Assembly (NCBI RefSeq): GCF_036321535.1
Contig: NC_087438.1
Coordinates: forward strand, 13,084,001 to 13,148,000
Reading direction: 5' to 3'
Source of the DNA: Camelus dromedarius
Taxonomy: Eukaryota
DNA length: 64,000 nucleotides
Both the position numbers and the translations under genes were made by a program. The notes under the pieces were generated by a model, which had not been told where the DNA came from, did no database searches, and saw nothing but the letters and a program-made list of their open reading frames with translations. Below are positions 26,095-37,725 of the stretch, piece by piece (position 1 is the first letter of the stretch; each line of letters begins with the position of its first letter).

Positions 26095-28369
26095 TGTAGC
26101 TGAATTACAACTATATTCAGAAACGTAAGATTTAAATTCATGGAGAGTGATGCAAATACAGAATTGGGAAAGTGAATAGTAAAGAGCACATTTTTTTAAT
26201 CAGTTGGCAATAATCCATCTTATACCATTTGTAACCTTGGTCAATGGTTTAGAGAGAGAACTATAACACAGAGACACTCGGAGCGGTTTTGTGTTTCATC
26301 TGGTTTGCAAAGCCCTCAGGTATGGCCCCAACTGCTAACCGGTCTCCTTGGCCTGCTGATAAGATTACAGTCTGTGGCAGAAAACCCTCTATCTACCATT
26401 CAGGCAGATATTGCACATTCCTAGAGTCTTCAGGGTCCAAATTCAAGAGGGAAAGGCATAAAGAGAAAACACAGTGACCTTTCCTCCCTCCATCCCCATC
26501 TCAGTTTAGGACACGCCCAACCTACACCTCCCCCGCTAGGTTCATTTCCAACCCCGGGGTCTGCCTCTTTGGAAAATGTTTGACAACCATCCTTTCAGGG
26601 CAGACTGTACCCTCTCCCAGCAGGTGGGAACTGGACCCATCCTTAGCTGGGCTCCTGCCCTTTGACTCAAAACAAAATAAAACAAAACAAAAAGAAAATA
26701 ACACATAACCCCACAGACTCTTCAGATTGAAAGGCATAATGTGATTATGAAAGATGTTCTTCTGCTACTTTGTAAAACTTAATTCTCAAAAAATCCTTAA
26801 AGTCTGGATTGTTCAGAATTAAATACCACGTCGTAGAGTAAATCAAGTCTAATTTGAGTCCATGTTGAACCTTTCAGCTCTGTTTGTCATTCTTCCTCCA
26901 GGGTTGAGTTCGTCCTGCCTGTACCTAATTCTTTCAGTCTTCGTGGTCCCAGCTCCTGACCCAATGAGCATCTGTTCATGACAGCTGATCCACGCAAATT
27001 ACAGACACAGCACAGCATAACTCAGAAAATAATAATAATTACAAAATAAACACATTTCCCACAAATCCATGTAGACTAGAGATAAAATTTGACTGTCAAT
27101 ATAAACCCTTTTCACACCATGGCACAGAAGAGTTTAGACACAGGTTTTTAAGCATCTCTTTCACTGTCTCCCCTGCCTGTCTAGCTTTTTCACCTCTCAC
27201 TGGGGCATTTTTAAGTGGCTCTCCCCAGAAATGAGCTTTTGAAGTAAAAGCGAATTTGAGTTGTTGAATGAATCCCTTTAAAATTTGATAAATTTGTCCA
27301 GCTTCATTTACGAGCATGCAAAGTTTCAAATGTGATGGGCAAAGATCAGAACGTAACCAAACGTTGTCCTCCAACCGTCTCTAAAAGGAGTAACTTCACA
27401 TGGTAACAAGACTTAGAAGTAACAGTACAGCCTTAAGATGTTGCCGGAAAATTTCACTTCCTGTTTATCAGCATGTTTCAAAGATGGCTTTCTTTTTCTT
27501 AGGTTATTGGTAACAGAGTTTTCTACAACGTCCACAGGCAATGGGAGGTGAGGTTTATATGAGACACTGAGTTGCAAAGAAAAGCAGAAAGTAGCCACGC
27601 ATATATGCTCTTATCTCCTTTTTCTTTTTTTAAATTCTTCTAAAATATAAAAAAAGATAAAACAAAATAGTAAGAGAAATATGGACATAGGTCCATACTG
27701 CCTAGATGAAATTCTTGGCTGGCTGAGCCCTCATCCTATCTGTTGCAAGAAAAGGTCACTTTTACTTCTGTTCAGGCCTTTTATCATTCCATCAACTTTG
27801 CTATGATGGTTACTAAATACAAAACACACCTATCTCCTCAATAAACTTAGAGTTTTACGATGGGTAGCAGCAGATAAGAAAAGAGGTGATTATAATACTA
27901 GTTAGTATTATGTTGGGTATTTGCAAAATACTAGAGCAGGAGATGGAGAATGAAATTAGTGTCTAGTAAAGAGAACGGCCCTACAGTCAGAAAGCCGAAG
28001 ACGTGGGGAAAAAGAATTTCAGACTGTGTGAGCAAATTTACACCTAAAGGCAGGATGGGCACGAAGGAGCGGGATACATGCTGGAAACTGCTGATAAAGC
28101 AGCTGGGAAAGAGAGCGCATCCTGCTTGGGATGATACGTCTAAAAAGTTAGCAACAAGACGACAGGGTTGTGCCATTTTCCTGAAAGTCAGTGGGAAAAC
28201 TCTGAAGCCAGGAATTAACCTCAGCCGCTGTGCACTAGGAAGATTGCAGCCTAGAAAGAATGGAGACTACCTTGGAAGAGACAGGGGAAAGATTTAGAAG
28301 GAAGAACCACAGTGCTTCTGTAGACATGCATCTATTCCTCTGCTAGAACATTTCACTGATCATGGCCAG

Positions 28370-28870
28370 GACCCTCAGGAGAGAGCAGGTAATCTTAATA
28401 TGGCTTCAAGGCCTTTCATGATACTGCCTGTATTAGGTCATTTATTTCTCAGTATTCCTAGCCTGCCTTTCTGCTTTGGTTCCCACCTACTGCAAACTTG
28501 CTCAGCTGGGCAGCGGTTCATGCCGTTCCCTTTTCTTAGAATATCTGTAGAATATTACTCCTTTTGTCTTTCTCCCTTTCCTCTCCACCCCTCCCTTCCT
28601 ACTTCACCTGGCTAGCATCCAGTATTCCTTTCAGGCTTCAGATTATATATAATCTTTTACACAAATCAAAGTGCTTGCACCCGCCGTCAGCCTTCCCCAC
28701 CCCCACCCCATGGTAGATCAGGTGACCCCAGAGTACCCTAAGGCTTCCATTCATCTACACACCTAGGGAATCTCAGTCCCTGCTAATCAAAAGGTTGCAA
28801 AGAGCTGTATTTATCTTGTTCCTTGCTTTCTGCCAGCACTAATTTCCTAATTAAACATTTGCCTGATGAA
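28370..28870 (+). mobile_element. L2 3' region
   Basis: 'atggcttcaaggcctttcatgatactgcctg...tattcctttcaggcttcag...ttaaacatttgcctgatgaat'. Confidence 0.55.
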
Positions 28871-29834
28871 TATATTATAGTGCTAAAAATTTCAGTAGAG
28901 AGATCCCTGGTTCTCGTAATCATCTAAAAAAATGGCAAAGTTGGTAGTAGAGGAAAAAGTTTCCAGAGCCATCAGTGGAGAGAGGAAAATAATTGACAAA
29001 GCCATAGGGAGATAGAAAGACAAAGGGCAGAAAGATCTGCTATGCTAGTAAAGATATATACTGTCAGATTTCATTAGAATATTCTATGATATGATGTAAT
29101 AATATGTCACAGCATAGTATAATATAAACTCAATTAGCTCAACCATCATAAAAATTGCTCTTATGTATGTAATTTTGGGCAAAGAAAAACCAAAGTTGAG
29201 AATATATTATTATAAGAGAATATTATGCATACTTTGCTTAAAATGTTTCTAAAAAAGTAGAAAAAAAATGATGTCCTATTATAATACAATATTATGCATA
29301 TTTTATTTAAAATGTTCAATTTGCGACTTACAATATATGTTAATCAAATTCAGACATTGTGGGTGGTTTCATTTAAATTCATTAAATAATTTCAATGAAC
29401 ACAAAATGTTAATCTTATCACCCAAATTATTATTATTTTTTTGCTATTCAGGATCCTAATTGCAAAATTAGGAAAACAAACTAGCGCATTTCAGGAGCTT
29501 TTGGACCATAAGGATTGGAATCAAAGGACATTATAACAATCTTCAGCTAGAGAATGAATGAACCCTGATGCTCAAATGGGCTGATGTTTGGGCTTAACAT
29601 TGCTGAAGTATAAAGAGGAAGAGTCATGCCCAATTTCACACTTAAAATAGAACCAGTGGCATCTAATACTGTCAATGTACTTCTTCATGCAGTAAACTGT
29701 TTCCAACTTCATAGATAAAATATATTAGAATATCTTAATAGTAAAGATTATTGTTCTCCTAAAATTTGGGACTTAAAAGTATTTAATACAATATACTTTA
29801 TATTCATAAAAATATTCAGAAGTCAACAGCACTT

Positions 29835-29966
29835 GGGGAGGAGGGTATAGCTCGAGTGGTAGAGTGCATGCTTAGCACGCATGAGGTCCTGGGTTCAATC
29901 CCCAGTACCTCCTCTGAAAATAAATAACCTCACTACCTTCCTCCCACCAAAAAAAAAAAAAAAAAA
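29835..29966 (+). mobile_element. tRNA(Ala)-derived SINE, camelid Vic-1-like
   Basis: Pol III A box (TAGCTCGAGTGG) and B box (GGTTCAATCCC), poly(A) tail, and TSD agaagtcaaca(g)cactt at 29818-29834 and 29967-29982. Confidence 0.9.
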
Positions 29967-30494
29967 AGAAGTCAACACACTTGACACTGTTTAAACAAAT
30001 TTGTTATATAACTTTTTTTAATTCATTCAAATAAATCTGTATTTAAATTTCAAAGTAGTTGAGTGCTTCAATAAATATGGCAATGTAGACATTTTTAGAC
30101 TTTATTTAATAGCTCCCTGTGCCTTACGTTTGCATATGTGGGTATGTATGTATATTGTGTCTCAGTGAGTGTAACTTATCTACTTTGATTTCACTTTGAC
30201 AAGTCTCATTTGTTTAAGGAAGGGAAACTCTTCAGGCCTTTTTGCAAAATTTCCTTTTGGGGATCTATGTTCCTGAAATTACAGTTAAATAGAATGCTAC
30301 TTTTACTTCCAAATGTGAGGTGTGCAATGGCCTATGTCCTACTAATTTGTTCCAATCAAGCATTTAGTAGAGAGTGGGGTGTTTTTCTTTTTTTGCTATT
30401 TATTTCTTTTGATCAGATGAAATTAAGGCATACACCTTAGCAGTATTTATACAACTAAAAGTAATTTTTGTTATTTGCATTGTTTTTTATATTA

Positions 30495-30513
30495 TACTGC
30501 CATCTTGTGGCCA
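30495..30513 (-). promoter_or_regulatory. CTCF-binding motif
   Basis: Minus strand TGGCCACAAGATGGCAGTA is a close match to the 19-bp CTCF consensus. Confidence 0.7.
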
Positions 30514-31096
30514 CTTGGTCAACTTTTTAAAAATTATATTCCTGGCCAGTATATCAGCATGACCCCGAAAGCATTGTGAAATATAACTTCCAACATTATG
30601 GAACATATTACTCTTAACAAGTATTATCCTCTTGGCTACCTCTCAGTAACGAGGTCATAATACTTCTTTGTAGCACTTAAAAGTTTTAGGTAATTTACCT
30701 GAGAATTCCCTAACTTCGTTTGATATTAAATGCTATCTAAATTGATATTAACAATTGCCTAAAAAAGGAGAAAACACTGTTAAATAATTTGTTCACACGA
30801 GTATATTTCATAATATAGACCCTATTTTGGACCTGTACAAAGTAAAATCACTTATATTAAAAATTTAGACAATTTTATATTTTTAGATTGAACATATAAA
30901 GATAAATTATGTCTAGAGCTCAAGATATATGGTTTTTTATCATTATTACCTGCTCTAGGTTACAGAATAATTAAAATACTTGGTTAAATTCTATAACTGT
31001 CTGGGCAGCCTATGGTTAGGAAAGAACTTACTTGTATTTTGTCTTAGGCTAAGCCTTTCTTATATTGGTTGAACTTTTCTCATTTTTTTAAAAGAC

Positions 31097-31464
31097 TTTT
31101 TTTTTTTTTAAGAGCAGTTTTAGGTTCACAGCAAAATTGAAAGGAAGATATAGAGATTTCCCAGGTACCCCTTGGCCCTCACGTAAAGATCCTTCCCCAT
31201 TATCGAAACCCCCCACCAGAGTTACAACTGATAGACCTACATTGACACATAATCCCCCCAAAGTCCAGAACTGACATTGGGGTTCATTCTTGGGGTTGTG
31301 CGTTCTGTGGGTTCTAAGCACGTAATGACATGTATTCGCATTACAGTATCAGTGTATTTTCACTTCCCTAAAATCCTCTGTGCCCCTCCTATTCATCTTT
31401 CCCTTCACCCTAACCCTGGGCAACCACTGAACTTTTTTACTGTCTCCTTAGTTTTGTCTTTTCC
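31097..31464 (-). mobile_element. L1MC1/2-like 3' end
   Basis: poly(T), then 'agagcagttttaggttcacagcaaaattg...cctaaaatcctctgtgcccc...ggcaaccactgaacttttttactgtctcc'. Confidence 0.85.
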
Positions 31465-31805
31465 TTTTTTCTTTTGCAGTAGCAGCAGAACATTATTCAC
31501 AGCCCATTGTTAGTGTCCACAACATTCTCCCATCACTTCATCTTCAAGGTGGGAAGAGAGTGGGTGGAACATTGAGCACAGAGCTGGCTCTGCCACAGTG
31601 CCTGACGCAACTTCGGAGTCAGAGTCTGTCCATCCAGCTGGGGATGCTGGCCGCGCACGATGTGCCTTCAGCCGGATGCTGTTCCCACACATTCTGGTTC
31701 AGTCACCGGTCGGGGCTTCACATCTTCCTCCTACAGTGAAGGGACCCGTGGTGGCAGGTGCAGCTTCAGCCTTCATGGCCTCCTGGCCCCTCCAAGAGGA
31801 GGCAG
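31465..31805 (-). pseudogene. Candidate retrocopy of an unidentified mRNA 3' end
   Basis: GC- and CpG-rich block sharply bounded by AT-rich DNA; the minus strand ends gtgAATAATgttctgctgctactgc followed by an A-rich tail. Parent gene not recognised. Confidence 0.4.
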
Positions 31806-32180
31806 TGAGAATAGTGAGAATAGTTTTATTACATTGTTCAACATATTTAAAGAGCTTTCTGCTTTTAGTTTATGCCTCTAAACCCAATGATACCTATTTT
31901 TAAAAACACAGCATATAACACAAGTAATTATAGTCAACACAGTGGTCAAAGATGATCGTGCTTTACTGGGGAGGAATTGGTACGGTTACCTGCAGTGTTT
32001 TGAGAGCCAATAAAACAAATTAGAAAGAAATTACGAAATAGAGATCTGGTTACAGATATACATATATGTGCATGCACACATGTTAAGACTCATTATGAGG
32101 CAAATACTGTTTTCTGAAAAAATAAGTAAGGTATATTTTAACAAGAGAAGAGGAATAGGAACAGATTAGAAAGTGTTTCT

Positions 32181-32388
32181 GGATTAGCAGATACAAACTA
32201 CTGTATATTAAATAGATAAGACAGCAAGGACCTACTACAGAGCACAAGGAACTGCATTCAATAGCTTGTAATAACCTATAATGAAAAAGTATATAAAAAT
32301 AATATATATATATGTATAACCAAATCACTATGCTGTACATATAGCTAACACAACATTATAAATCAACTATACTTCAATTAAAAAAAAA
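32181..32388 (+). mobile_element. 5'-truncated young L1 3' end
   Basis: Same family as 24468-24714; perfect TSD aaagtgtttct at 32170-32180 and 32386-32396. Confidence 0.9.
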
Positions 32389-32899
32389 GTGTTTCTAGGT
32401 AACTCACTGATAAGCAAAAGATATACTGTGCTTGAGTTAAAAACAAATAGCAGATAAGTTTACAGAACTGCATTTAAGCTTTAGTTTTTTCTTAACGGAA
32501 TGAAGATAACCCTTCACATCAGAATGAAAATTGTTCTGAAAGCCGTATTTTCCCAATTTGTACTATTAAATCCGAGGAGAGGGGGTGACATATAAAATAT
32601 TCAGTCGGTTCCTGATCATGACCAGCTGCCGGTAGGCACTTACGTCTTGCTGTTCCCCTGCTCTGGGCAAGGAGCAAAGTCAACTTTCTTAATTATTTCG
32701 TGATTAGGCAAGACCCCGTATCTCGCAAAGGCCAATGGGTTATTAAGAGGTGGCCCGCACATTCCCAGTCTGAAACACTGAATTCCAGCATGGGGGCCGT
32801 CCCGCCCTTGTTTGCCCCGCTGCACTGAGCCCAGCGCCCCCTGCTCCAGGTGCTGCTGCTCTGGCTTGTCGGGGAGTCTGCTTGTTGGCATCACTGTGT

Positions 32900-33040
32900 T
32901 GAAGCAGGGAGATATGCAGCTGTGATGTGTCACCTGGACTAAAGAGGACTTTGAGTCAACCCCAAAGAAACGGTTGTTGGGTTAAGCCACTGAGATCTGG
33001 AGAGTATTTTGTTATAATAGAGCCTGTTATGACTAGTACA
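32900..33040 (+). mobile_element. MLT1 LTR 3' fragment
   Basis: 'ggttgttgggttaagccactgagatctggagagtattttgttataatag'. Confidence 0.5.
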
Positions 33041-33088
33041 AGAGACTGCAAAAGTCATATATTACAAGAGACTGCAAAAGTCATATAT
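33037..33088. repeat. Perfect 26-bp tandem duplication
   Basis: tacaagagactgcaaaagtcatatat x2. Confidence 0.95.
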
Positions 33089-33819
33089 TTGTGCCTGTCA
33101 CTTATTTTCTTACCCAGTTACACACTGTGGCACTACCTGGCATTTAGATAAAATGATTCTGTTCTCCTCTCCCACCCAGAATTTAGCACACAGTCTGATT
33201 TATTAAGGCCTTCCTCCTCAGTAGCTGTGTGATTTGCTCATTAACACAAGTGTCAATTAGTAACCTCAGAAAAGAAAGGAAGACAGGCTTTGAAAGAATC
33301 GAGGCGCACACACAAAAGGCCCAGACAGGAAAGAATGACCGTAAGAAAAAAGAGGCTGAAGCCACAGGCTGCCCGTGTGTTCCCGCACCTCCTGCCAGTG
33401 TGAGGGATGTCGCTTCCCCTGAGATCCCACAGCGTTTCCCATCCCAGGGCCCGAGATGAGCAGCCTTGGTCCTGGGGTTGCTCTCGTTTCTTCTGTTTCT
33501 CCTTTCATCGGTCTTGGTAGCTTCCAAAAGAGCTTTTCCTCGTCAGCAAGGGTAGGAGGCTGGTCTGGGTTTTGTGGACATTCCCAGAAATGCGAGACCT
33601 AACTTGGCTGGAACTCTGAATGTAAAACAGCAGTAACAAGCTCTTGTGTTTAACATGCTATTACATCTTGGCACACCACGAGGGCTGACAGGTTTGGTAG
33701 AGCATAGACCTAGAGAGGCGCTGCTTAGGAAGGGCACTAAACTGAGCAACTTACTATCCTGAGTGAAGAGGTTTCCTCTCCAGTGAACTTGGAGCATCAT
33801 GCACATTGCTGACAAAAAA

Positions 33820-33960
33820 CCCATGACTGCTGTGTTGCACAACTCCATGGGGTTCCTGTTAGCCTGGGCTCGATATTCGTGGCACCCCCTGGTGCTCAAC
33901 ACACATCAGATCACATTGTGATGGTGCCCCATGGAGTTGTGCCATGTGGTGGCTCTAAAG
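33820..33960. mobile_element. MER91-like (hAT-Tip100) palindromic non-autonomous element
   Basis: Perfect 16-bp inverted repeat gcacaactccatgggg (33837-33852) / ccccatggagttgtgc (33927-33942), matching the MER91 'gcacaactccaggggg...ccccctggagttgtgc' signature. Confidence 0.75.
33880..33898 (-). promoter_or_regulatory. CTCF-binding motif (inside the MER91-like element)
   Basis: Minus strand TGAGCACCAGGGGGTGCCA. Confidence 0.65.
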
Positions 33961-34188
33961 GTCAGGCACAGAGAAGATGGTGATATTGACGCATGCTAGT
34001 TTCTTCATGTTTCCATAGGCTTCTATTTGAGGGGACAGATACCTATTAATATTTCATCATTTGGAGGAAGCAGGATTCTAACTATGATATATTTGATACA
34101 TTTTATGCAATCAAAAAGTTGGCTTAATTTTTCTGCTTTTAAGTGTCAATGTGTAATACTTTGTATTATTGTATTCTGAAATCTTGTC

Positions 34189-34687
34189 CTTTTTTTAAAC
34201 TTTTTTTGAAGTTTAGTTGATTTACAATGTTAGTTTCAGGTGTACAGCAAAGTGATTCAGTTAGACATATTGATACATATCTATTTTTTTCTTCTCAGAT
34301 TCTTGTCCATTATATGTTATTATAAGAAATTGAATATAATTCCCTGTGACATACAGTAGATCCTTGTTGTTTACCTGCTTTATATGTAGTAATGTGTGTT
34401 TGTTAATCCCCAACCCCTAATTTATCCCTCCCCACCCTTTCCCCTTTAGTAACCATAATTTGTTTTCTATATCTGTGAGTCTGATTTTGGTTTGTAAATA
34501 GAGTTTGTATCATCTTTTTAGATTCCACTAATAAGTGATATCACATGATATTTGTCTTTCTCTGTCTGACTTATTTCATTCAATATGATAATCACTAAGT
34601 CTATCCATGTTGCTGCAAACGGCATTATTTCATTCTTTTTTATGACTGAGTAATAGTCCATTGTGTATATACGGACATTTAGGTTGA
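34189..34687 (-). mobile_element. Young cetartiodactyl L1 3' end
   Basis: poly(T), then 'gaagtttagttgatttacaatgtt...ggtgtacagcaaagtgattcag...ctatccatgttgctgcaaacggcattatttcattc'; 'tgaaatctt' on both flanks. Confidence 0.9.
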
Positions 34688-34709
34688 AATCTTTTTGAAG
34701 TTAATTATA

Positions 34710-34905
34710 ATGATAGCTAATACTTAGATACAGCAGGTGCTATCTTGAGATATTTATGTGTAATAATTCAAAAGTTATGTACTGTTATTATTTCTGCTTC
34801 ATAGATTGAGAAAGTGAGGCCCAGAGAGATTTATCACCTTTTCCAGAATCTCAGAGCCCCTGAGTGTTTGTGTTGCCATTTGGATGTATGCAGTCTGTCT
34901 CCAGA
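34710..34905 (-). mobile_element. MIR SINE
   Basis: 'tagattgagaaagtgaggcccagagagatttatcacc...gcagtctgtctccaga'. Confidence 0.7.
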
Positions 34906-35994
34906 CCCTCCCTAGGTATAGTTTATCCTGCATCTGCTATATTTATCTTGCTAACTCAATTCCTCTTCACAATCCTTCTGCATGAGTTTGTGTTGAAAAT
35001 CTAGCTCTAAGGAATCAAGCCACTTGGTGGGTCTCTCTGAAATAGTTAATCAACTGGTTGTTCTGGCCACGCTAACATGAGTTCATAACCCATTATTATG
35101 ACTAAGAAATGCCTTATGAGGTAACACTTGGTCATCAAAAATTTTAAAGCACATGAAAAGGAACATATTTTCAGGTTCTCGCATTTATTTTTATGTTTCT
35201 CTAATGGCTTAGTTTTATAAAAAAGAATGTTCTTACTCTCTTTGTAGTATCTGCCTTTAAAATCTAGTCTCATTGTATGATGGTATATTTGAACTTTTAG
35301 TAGATAGTGGAATATGTTTACTTATAGAGTTTGCTTTTATGCCTTTTAGGAGCGCTTTTGTAAAGAAAACAAATACAGTGTGGAAGGAATCACTCCAGAG
35401 AAGATAGCCAGCAAGTGTGCCCAGTGGGCTCTCCTACCAGAACCCAGGAGGAGTCAGACCCATCTGCATCTCTCAGACTTGGCAGGCTTGGGACGTGCTC
35501 TGGTTTGGTCAAAGGAGGCCTGAGGGGGAGATCAATGACAGGCATGAATTCAACGCACCACCCAGTCTCTTGAGCGCAAGTGGAGACATTTAGAAGAAAG
35601 AAGTCATGGCCAGAGAATTTCCTAAGAAATTTCCAAGTCTCTGGGCATAAAACTTTGGCTTTGTGTCTAGATCACCGACAGCTTCATTGCATTAAGGCAG
35701 TGACCACTCATGCCAAAAGAGCTTAGCTTTGGATCTGTTGTGGAACCTCGAGCATGAGATGCTTCCAGGAATACCTGGAAAGAACACCCTTGGGTTCTAC
35801 ACTGAGGTTCACACTTCAATGACACAATGAATGGCATTCCAGAGAGGGCCTTCCAGGACATTCGGCCTTAACCAGGAGGAATCCAGAACAGGAGAGGCAG
35901 ATGTTATGGATGTTTGTGGGCTGGTTTGTTAAAGCAAGTGAGACAGGTTTTTGAGAGATTCCCAGACACTAACTTGAGGACTGGTGGGGCACAG

Positions 35995-36470
35995 ACTACT
36001 ATGGCTAACCCAACATGAAATCTCATTTTCCTCTCTAGTCACAGAACTCTGATTTGGGGAGTCACTTTGCCATTTAGAAGAAAAGATTCTACTTCTCATC
36101 ATCCTTGGAGCTCAGTGCAGCCATGCCCCTAAATTTTGGACAGTGGAATCTAAGCAGATGTATTTTGTGAGACTTCTAGAAACACTCATTTATTTAAGGG
36201 GGGAGATTTTTGAAATTTCTTTCTTGGCCTGGAAGATGAATTTGATGGCAGGAACTTAAGCAGTGATGTTTGAAGCATGAGGTAACCTTGGAATAGAAGT
36301 CAAACTCTGATTGTGAGCTGAAACTGAAGCTCCAGAGTCTTTTATGAATACAGTATATTTGGTCTATCTTTCTTGGACTGCCTAACTCTGAGCTGCTTTT
36401 AAATAAGTAAATGGTCATAATCATTACCGATAATTCAGTGTAAGGAGGATGCTGGGATTCCTGGTACAGC
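35995..36470 (+). mobile_element. MLT1J-like LTR
   Basis: 'ccatgcccctaaattttggacagtggaatctaagcag...gcatgaggtaaccttggaatagaagtc...ggactgcctaactctgagctgct'. Confidence 0.55.
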
Positions 36471-36754
36471 AGTGGGAAAACAAAGACTCCATCAGTTAAT
36501 AAAATGTCTTGTTTATCCATAGTCTAACCAAGCATAATAGTGTTTTGACTATGAGTTTAATCACAAAACTAGCTTGGAGGGAAGAGTTATCATTTTAACA
36601 ATTACTGAGAACCGTATATTAGCAATGTCCTGTGCAGACATGGTAGGTTTAATTGAAGAAATGAATAAAATTTGGTGCCTGTTCCCAGGATCATATTCCT
36701 GTGCTGAAGAAAGACATGCATTTTATAAGTCACATAAATCAATTCTTAAAAATT

Positions 36755-37076
36755 GATTTTATTTTTTTAGAGCAGTTTTAGGCTTACAGCAAATTGAGAG
36801 GAAGGTACAGAGATTTTCCACAAACCCCTAACCCCACACGTGCATAGCTCCCCCATTATGAACACCCCCACACCATAGTGGTGCATTTGTTACAGCTGAA
36901 GAACCCACACTGCTACATCACAGTCACCCAGACTCCATGGTCTACATGGTTTTCGTTAATGTTCATTCCTGCCATTGTACGTTCTATGGGTTTGTGGATG
37001 TACCATGTACATGTATCCACCATTATAGTATCATATAGAGTAGTTTCACTGCCCTAAAATCCTCTGTGCTCCACCT
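36755..37076 (-). mobile_element. L1MC1/2-like 3' end
   Basis: 'ttttagagcagttttaggcttacagcaaattgag...tagtttcactgccctaaaatcctctgtgctccacc'; same family as 31097-31464. Confidence 0.85.
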
Positions 37077-37624
37077 TTTGAAATAATTTAAAAAGTGTTA
37101 TCAGTGCACAAAGAAGTTATTATGTGATGGTTGGAGAGCTCAAGTGCTGAGACATGCTGGTATCTCATTTATATAAATGTGGTGTGTGATGCGTCCTTGG
37201 CTTGTCTTCCTGACAATATCAAGATATTAGTGTCTCTGTAAGTCTCTGGTTGGACACAAGCCAGGCCTCTTTAAAAATTCATGAAACAGACTGTAATACA
37301 TTCCTCCGCCTAACTCCAGGATATTGTTGGTTATTAGGCAGTCAGCTGATTGATATAATATCTTTGCATTTACTTTCCAGGCAGAGTACAACGCCTTTTC
37401 CAAAAACCAAGTGCGATGATCACTAAGCTGATATTGGTAATAATTTGATTTGTACAAATTGGAAGAGGTGTGATCAGGCTGCAAGAATGATTGTGTCATT
37501 CTCAGAAAAAATTCCAAGCAGATTAATCAACAAATTGTTTTGAGGTATTGGAAACCTTACAAAGAGAAGCAGTGATCACTAGAAACTAACATAAGTTCAC
37601 TAAGGATAAGATTTACCCAAATCA

Positions 37625-37725
37625 ATTTATTGAAGTATAGCCAGTTTACAATGTTGTGTCAATTTTTGGTATTCAGCATAATGCTTCAGTTATACGTGAA
37701 CAGACATACATTCATTTTTGTATGT
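37625..37725 (-). mobile_element. Short young L1 3' end
   Basis: 'tttattgaagtatagccagtttacaatgttgtgtcaatttttggt'. Confidence 0.75.

Noticed and set aside
27950..28297. 115-aa basic ORF
   Set aside because: Purine-rich composition explains it; no known motif.
29835..29910. Apparent tRNA-Ala gene (also at 52586-52662)
   Set aside because: Imperfect acceptor stem, SINE tail, poly(A) and TSDs show these are SINEs, not tRNA genes.
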